Assembly (NCBI GenBank): GCA_013378385.1
Contig: JACAFS010000015.1
Location: forward strand, 1 to 20,336
DNA length: 20,336 nucleotides
Source of the DNA: Nitrososphaerota archaeon
GTDB lineage: Archaea; Thermoproteota; Nitrososphaeria; Nitrososphaerales; UBA57
Direction of reading: 5' to 3'
Under the pieces are notes generated by a model. The model was not told where the DNA came from. It was given only the letters and a program-made list of their open reading frames with translations, and did no database searches. Positions 16,487-20,336 of this stretch are shown here, piece by piece (position 1 is the stretch's first letter; the number at the start of each line of letters is the position of its first letter). The translations under genes and the position numbers were made by a program.

Positions 16487-16768
16487 CGTCTCGGTTGTAA
16501 CCCTCTTTCTGTTTTAAGTAGGATTCAGCTTAGCGGCCTACCTGAGTCTCAATCAGGCAATCATAAACTCTATTTGGCCTTGCTCCATATGGGACGACCG
16601 TTTCATTCCTAATCCTGGAACCTCAGATTTTCATCATCATTGTATTAACAGGTCTGGATATCGTTTCTGCTCCGTTGCCATCTATCTCTAGATATGTTTC
16701 TCAACATCATATTCCTGATAGGAGAGAGGAGTTTCCTCAGTATTACCGATACCTACACACCGACTCAC
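16487..16768 (-). ncRNA. rnpB: RNase P RNA (archaeal type A-like, compact).
   Basis: On the minus strand: CR-I-like CTGAGGAAACTCC; GGAGCAAGGCCAAATAGAG (compare E. coli M1 GGAGCAAGGCCAAAUAGGGG); CAGGTAGGCCGCTAAGCTG (compare GGUAGGCUGCUUGAGC); CR-V-like AACAGAAAGAGGGTTACA (compare ACAGAACCCGGCUUAUC). The P1 pairing is TCGGTGTGTA (5') with TACAACCGA (3'). The region has no ORFs and is GC-enriched. The ends are approximate to within a few nt. Confidence 0.88.
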
Positions 16769-16783
16769 AATATTCTATATGAA

Positions 16784-17392
16784 CTATTTCTTGTTAAACT
16801 TATATTTTGACACATAGGCGTTGCCGTCTAAATAAAATCTCCATTCCTTTTCTACATCCATGGAAATTCCTATTCTTCCCGACGATAGTACTTTTTCCGT
16901 TCGTTTTTCCGAATCAACAATAAATAATTTTTCTTTCTTTGTCAAATCATGATTATTTAATTTTTTATTAATTTGTAATGCCTGTGAAAGTTTTCCTGGA
17001 CCATTAGTCAAATTTATACCATCTTTTCCTTTTCTATTTTTTACCATGTGTTTTATTCCATCAATAGGTTCTACTCCGCGAATTAACACTGCTCCTGCAT
17101 GATCAGTTTTCTTTTTTGCGACTACATTTAACATAAAATACATCCCATAAGTAAAATATACATATGCAAATCCATTCTCTCCGAACATAGCCTGGTTACT
17201 TGAAGTACAACCCTTACTTGCATGACTAGCTTTGTCATGTTCACCAAATTTGTATGCTTCAACCTCAACAATTCTTCCTACTATGTTTCCTTGCTTGGTT
17301 TTTCTTACTATGACTTTTCCAAGAATATCTTTTGCTACTTTTATTGTATCTCTGTTATAGAATTCTCTTTTTACGGGTGTTGGTTCTTTCAA
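16784..17392 (-). CDS. mpg: DNA-3-methyladenine glycosylase, Mpg/AAG family.
   Basis: FYNRDTIKVAKDILGK, GRIVEVEAY, DKASHASKG.TSSNQAMFGENGFAYVYFTYGMYFMLNVV and AVLIRGVEP. TTG start at 17392. Confidence 0.88.
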   Translation of the reverse strand: MKEPTPVKREFYNRDTIKVAKDILGKVIVRKTKQGNIVGRIVEVEAYKFGEHDKASHASKGCTSSNQAMFGENGFAYVYFTYGMYFMLNVVAKKKTDHAGAVLIRGVEPIDGIKHMVKNRKGKDGINLTNGPGKLSQALQINKKLNNHDLTKKEKLFIVDSEKRTEKVLSSGRIGISMDVEKEWRFYLDGNAYVSKYKFNKK

Positions 17393-17397
17393 TTAAT

Positions 17398-18021
17398 TCA
17401 CGGAAAAACTTTTTCGTGATTTTCCTTCGATTTCTCTATCAACATTGAAAAATTAATTTTATTTGGTTTACCGCCAACTAAACCTCCTAATCCTCTTTTT
17501 TCCTTTGTAACGAATGTACCATCGCTGCCCATCCCTGGTACATCTTTTAATTTATTCACAATCTCAGAGGTATCTGTATTTCTTGATACAACAAACGCAT
17601 TTGTTAACTTCGTTTCTCTCTCTTTTAATATTCGAAGTTTCGAGATAAATTCATCTATTTGATTCCATTCATACTGATTCATCTTGCAATCTACAGCTAC
17701 AAGTATGTCATCATCTTCGTTTAAACAAACTATTCTGAAATCCCCAATATTTGGCACAGGGTGATCTATGCTAATCTTTGCTGATTGAAATTCACTTACT
17801 AGCCACATTGTGGTTCTAATTAACAAATAATCATCTCTTTCTTCTTTATCATCTATAATTGCAGAATATAATGATCGAATTGCTTGATCATTCATTTTAC
17901 TCAAACTATTCATAGTACCTGAACCTAAAACAGATCTCTCCTTTTTGGCAATATAGTCAATTAATCCCGCAGGTATCTTTATCTTGAATAATTCGTTTAC
18001 CATTTCTTCCCTTGTTTTCAT
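17398..18021 (-). CDS. Hypothetical protein with a possible PD-(D/E)xK nuclease-like core.
   Basis: No family recognised. Candidate motif (numbered on the 210-aa track ORF): E80 (LVSEF), D97 (IGDFRIVCL) and D114-x-K116 (ILVAVDCK), followed by the hydrophobic strand NAFVVS. The C-terminus is Gly/Lys-rich (KEKRGLGGLVGGKPNK). The ORF opens at GTG 18030, and the first ATG is at 18021. Its stop is 5 nt from the mpg start. Confidence 0.55.
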   Translation of the reverse strand: MKTREEMVNELFKIKIPAGLIDYIAKKERSVLGSGTMNSLSKMNDQAIRSLYSAIIDDKEERDDYLLIRTTMWLVSEFQSAKISIDHPVPNIGDFRIVCLNEDDDILVAVDCKMNQYEWNQIDEFISKLRILKERETKLTNAFVVSRNTDTSEIVNKLKDVPGMGSDGTFVTKEKRGLGGLVGGKPNKINFSMLIEKSKENHEKVFP

Positions 18022-18107
18022 TTCTAACACTATCTGACGCTATTGTAATAAGTATATTGACAAATTGATTCTTTAAACTAAATAATGATAACTGTATATT
18101 TAATTAC

Positions 18108-18356
18108 ATGGTCAAAAAAATTGCCAATATTACTCTTGTCCATGAATGCGACGAAAAGAATTGTCATTTAGATAATCAGGAACAAACAAAATGGATAGAA
18201 AATATTCTTCCTAAAGAAAAACTTGAATGGAATTGGAAATTGACAGACATTAAAGTTTTTGATGTCACTAGTCCAAATCCTAACAATACGGATTCCTATA
18301 TTTCAAGTATTCTGGACAAAAAATATGAAGATGACGAATCTGATAATTCTAATTAA
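18108..18356 (+). CDS. Small hypothetical protein (82 aa) with an acidic C-terminal tail.
   Basis: ATG start with a TATA-like tttaaactaaataa about 27 nt upstream. Possible metal-binding HECDEKNCH. The tail is KKYEDDESDNSN. No family recognised. Confidence 0.45.
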   Translation: MVKKIANITLVHECDEKNCHLDNQEQTKWIENILPKEKLEWNWKLTDIKVFDVTSPNPNNTDSYISSILDKKYEDDESDNSN

Positions 18357-18367
18357 TTATTATATAT

Positions 18368-18715
18368 TCAGATTCCTTCAGTTGCACGTTTTAACATAAA
18401 CGCACCATCTTTCATAATTAATTCAAATACATCATTCACTTCAAACCTAACTGCCAGTAAATCATATTCTGCTTCTGAAAGAAATAAAGTCATTTTTGGT
18501 AACACCATTTCCCTTGAATTAACAGGGAAAACTCCAATTGATTGAAACTGAGAAATTATTCCTTTGACCATTTTTCCTTCATCGGTTCCAGTCATTCCGC
18601 CCATGGGGTTTGAGTCATTTCTCGCACGAACCTCCACTAATTCTATTTGTTTACCCGGTTGCGCAGTTTCAGGATCTGATACACTACTGATTCTATGAAC
18701 TCGTACTTTAACCAT
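18368..18715 (-). CDS. Hypothetical protein (115 aa).
   Basis: ATG start with a TATA-like ATATAAATAA about 25-30 nt upstream (a leaderless arrangement). The composition looks coding, not low-complexity. No family recognised. Confidence 0.55.
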   Translation of the reverse strand: MVKVRVHRISSVSDPETAQPGKQIELVEVRARNDSNPMGGMTGTDEGKMVKGIISQFQSIGVFPVNSREMVLPKMTLFLSEAEYDLLAVRFEVNDVFELIMKDGAFMLKRATEGI

Positions 18716-18783
18716 ATAGTATTGTCAACCTACATTATTTATATCTCTAAAGTTTTGAAAAAAATATTTTTTACAATTAAACA

Positions 18784-18790
18784 TTTATAA
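18784..18790 (+). promoter_or_regulatory. TATA-box-like element upstream of the acyl-CoA dehydrogenase gene.
   Basis: tttataa is centred about 30 nt upstream of the TTG start at 18817, consistent with a leaderless or near-leaderless transcript. Confidence 0.35.
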
Positions 18791-18816
18791 TACATTTTTC
18801 TTTTAAGTTAATTTAG

Positions 18817-20013
18817 TTGACTAAATTTCTAAATCCAACAATTGATGATTTCTCAATTTCGCTAAAGGACGAGCATAAAGATATTCAAGAATTGGCACGC
18901 GATTTTGCAAATAACGAGATTGGTCCTATTGCTAATAAAATTGATGCAGAAGACCACATACCTGATTCTTTAATACAAAAAATGTCAGAATTGGGTTTTC
19001 TTGGCGTACCATATCCTACCGAATACGGAGGTATCGGTATGGATTATCTATCAATGGCAATTGTTATCGAAGAACTAGCGCGTGTAAGTTGTGCTGTATC
19101 TGTTATTCCTGTTGCACATACTCTAATTACGATGCCTCTAACTAGTTTTGGTACTGAAGAACAAAAACAGCGATTTCTTATTCCTCTTGCAAAAGGAGAA
19201 AAAATAGGAGCGCATGCAATGACTGAACCAGGTGCTGGTTCCGATCCTGCGGGAATATCTACAAGGGCCACAAAAGATGGAGATGATTGGGTTATTAATG
19301 GTACAAAAGCTTGGTGTACCAATGGAGATATTGCAAATACATTTTTAATTTTTGCACGTACATCTGATGAGAAAAAACGCCACATGGGAATGAGTGCATT
19401 TATTATTGAACGTGAAACACCTGGATTTACAGTCGGTAATCCTCTGCCAAAAACTGGTATACGGGGATCCAAATCTGTTGAATTGATTCTTGAAGATGTA
19501 AAAGTTCCTCATTCTAACATCCTTGGAGAAGAAGGTAGAGGGTTCTATGTTGCGATGGACTGTTATGATCATGGTAGAATTGAAATCGCTGCTCAGGGAG
19601 TAGGCATAGGACAAGCAGCTATCGAATCTGCATCTAAATATATTACACAGCGTAAAGCATTCGGTCAAACAATTATGGATTTTCAAGGTCCACAATTTAT
19701 GTTAGCAGAAGCTACTGCTGAATTACAAGCTTCTCGTTTGTTGACTTATTGGGCAGCATCACTTCGTGATCAAGGAAAAGACTATGTTTCATCTGCCGCT
19801 ATTGCAAAGATGTATGCTACTGAAGCTGCTGAGCGAGCATCTCTAACAGCAATAAAACTATGCGGTTCTGCAGGTGTTGCTACTGAATACCCTATGGAAA
19901 GATACCTTCGTGATAGTCAAATCACTAAGATATACGAAGGCACTAACGACATTCAACGTGTGACTCTAGGTCGATTACTTCATAAAGAAACTAAAAACGA
20001 ATTAGGTCTTTAA
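18817..20013 (+). CDS. Acyl-CoA dehydrogenase (short/medium-chain ACAD-like flavoprotein).
   Basis: ELGFLGVPYPTEYGG, GAHAMTEPGAGSD, WCTNG and the C-terminal catalytic-base region IYEGTNDIQRVTLGR. About 398 aa. TTG start at 18817 with no nearby in-frame ATG. Confidence 0.88.
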   Translation: MTKFLNPTIDDFSISLKDEHKDIQELARDFANNEIGPIANKIDAEDHIPDSLIQKMSELGFLGVPYPTEYGGIGMDYLSMAIVIEELARVSCAVSVIPVAHTLITMPLTSFGTEEQKQRFLIPLAKGEKIGAHAMTEPGAGSDPAGISTRATKDGDDWVINGTKAWCTNGDIANTFLIFARTSDEKKRHMGMSAFIIERETPGFTVGNPLPKTGIRGSKSVELILEDVKVPHSNILGEEGRGFYVAMDCYDHGRIEIAAQGVGIGQAAIESASKYITQRKAFGQTIMDFQGPQFMLAEATAELQASRLLTYWAASLRDQGKDYVSSAAIAKMYATEAAERASLTAIKLCGSAGVATEYPMERYLRDSQITKIYEGTNDIQRVTLGRLLHKETKNELGL

Positions 20014-20014
20014 A

Positions 20015-20336
20015 CTAATTACTTTCGATTTCTTCTACTTCGTTATTAGATTCGTTATCTACATTCGCAAGTTCAACAGCATATTCTTGATCAATTACTT
20101 TTGCTGTAATTAGATTTACGAGTGAATTTGTAGATGCTTCTCCAGTTACTTTTCCACCCCTACCACGTATCTGACGCCATTTGAGATTTGTACTTCCGCT
20201 TTTAGATTTATAGATAATTCCTAAAACATCCCGTACATTGATAAAAGTTATATCACGTTCTTTTTTCAATGTTACCTTGTCTGCCGCTTCAATGTAAATC
20301 GAACCAGTTTCTCCATCTTTTTCTGGGAACACTTCA
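20015..20336 (-). CDS. Hypothetical protein, 5'-truncated by the window edge, with an RGRGG motif and an acidic C-terminal tail.
   Basis: The frame stays open to base 20336 (the codon upstream of the track's GTG is GAA, not a stop). Contains KWRQIRGRGGKVTGE and the tail NVDNESNNEVEEIESN. No family recognised. Confidence 0.5.
   Translation of the reverse strand, partial: EVFPEKDGETGSIYIEAADKVTLKKERDITFINVRDVLGIIYKSKSGSTNLKWRQIRGRGGKVTGEASTNSLVNLITAKVIDQEYAVELANVDNESNNEVEEIESN

Noticed and set aside
16621-16641. UGAUGA...CUGA motif as an independent C/D box sRNA gene.
   Set aside because: It lies inside the RNase P RNA and lacks the second C'/D' pair and guide-length spacers. It is better explained as an internal K-turn or K-loop.
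17222-17419. Plus-strand ORF 17222-17419.
   Set aside because: It is antisense across the mpg start and the end of the upstream ORF, with a Phe/Tyr/Ser-rich artefact translation.
19044-19695. Minus-strand ORFs 19044-19472 and 19345-19695.
   Set aside because: They are antisense to the acyl-CoA dehydrogenase gene, which has strong family motifs throughout.

Overview
This is an AT-rich, tightly packed archaeal chromosomal segment. Nearly all of it is housekeeping genes with gaps of about 5-50 nt. Archaeal PCNA, TFS, RpoL, exosome Csl4, Dph2, an archaeal-type RNase P RNA and an intron-containing tRNA, together with the low GC, suggest a marine ammonia-oxidising thaumarchaeon (Nitrosopumilales-like). 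That taxon call is inference, not a database result. I call 27 protein-coding genes: a partial Lys/Ala/Pro-repeat protein, lpd, a membrane SpeE-like protein, an HTH regulator, an F420/LLM oxidoreductase, msrA, a surface-type membrane protein, yjbQ, galT-like, nadA, nadC, queT-like, pcn, tfs, rpoL, pheA, ilvE, csl4, dph2, lhgO-like, mpg, three small or orphan ORFs, an acyl-CoA dehydrogenase and a partial ORF at the right edge. The ORF track cannot show two RNA genes. One is a tRNA-Val(GAC) with an apparent non-canonical intron in the D-loop (3915-4012, +). The other is a compact RNase P RNA (about 16487-16768, -). I see no CRISPR array, integrase, transposase, toxin-antitoxin pair or recognisable defence island, and no convincing novel multi-gene system. 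The most checkable oddities are: (a) a GC-rich structured leader upstream of the QueT-family transporter; (b) an orphan ORF with a PD-(D/E)xK-like motif, 5 nt upstream of the Mpg glycosylase gene; (c) an HTH / membrane SpeE-like / Lpd operon; (d) TTG start codons on about one third of genes; (e) the D-loop tRNA intron; (f) a near-perfect 33/66-nt coding tandem repeat giving a histone-H1-like basic tail. All functional calls come from reading motifs in the translations, since no searches could be run.
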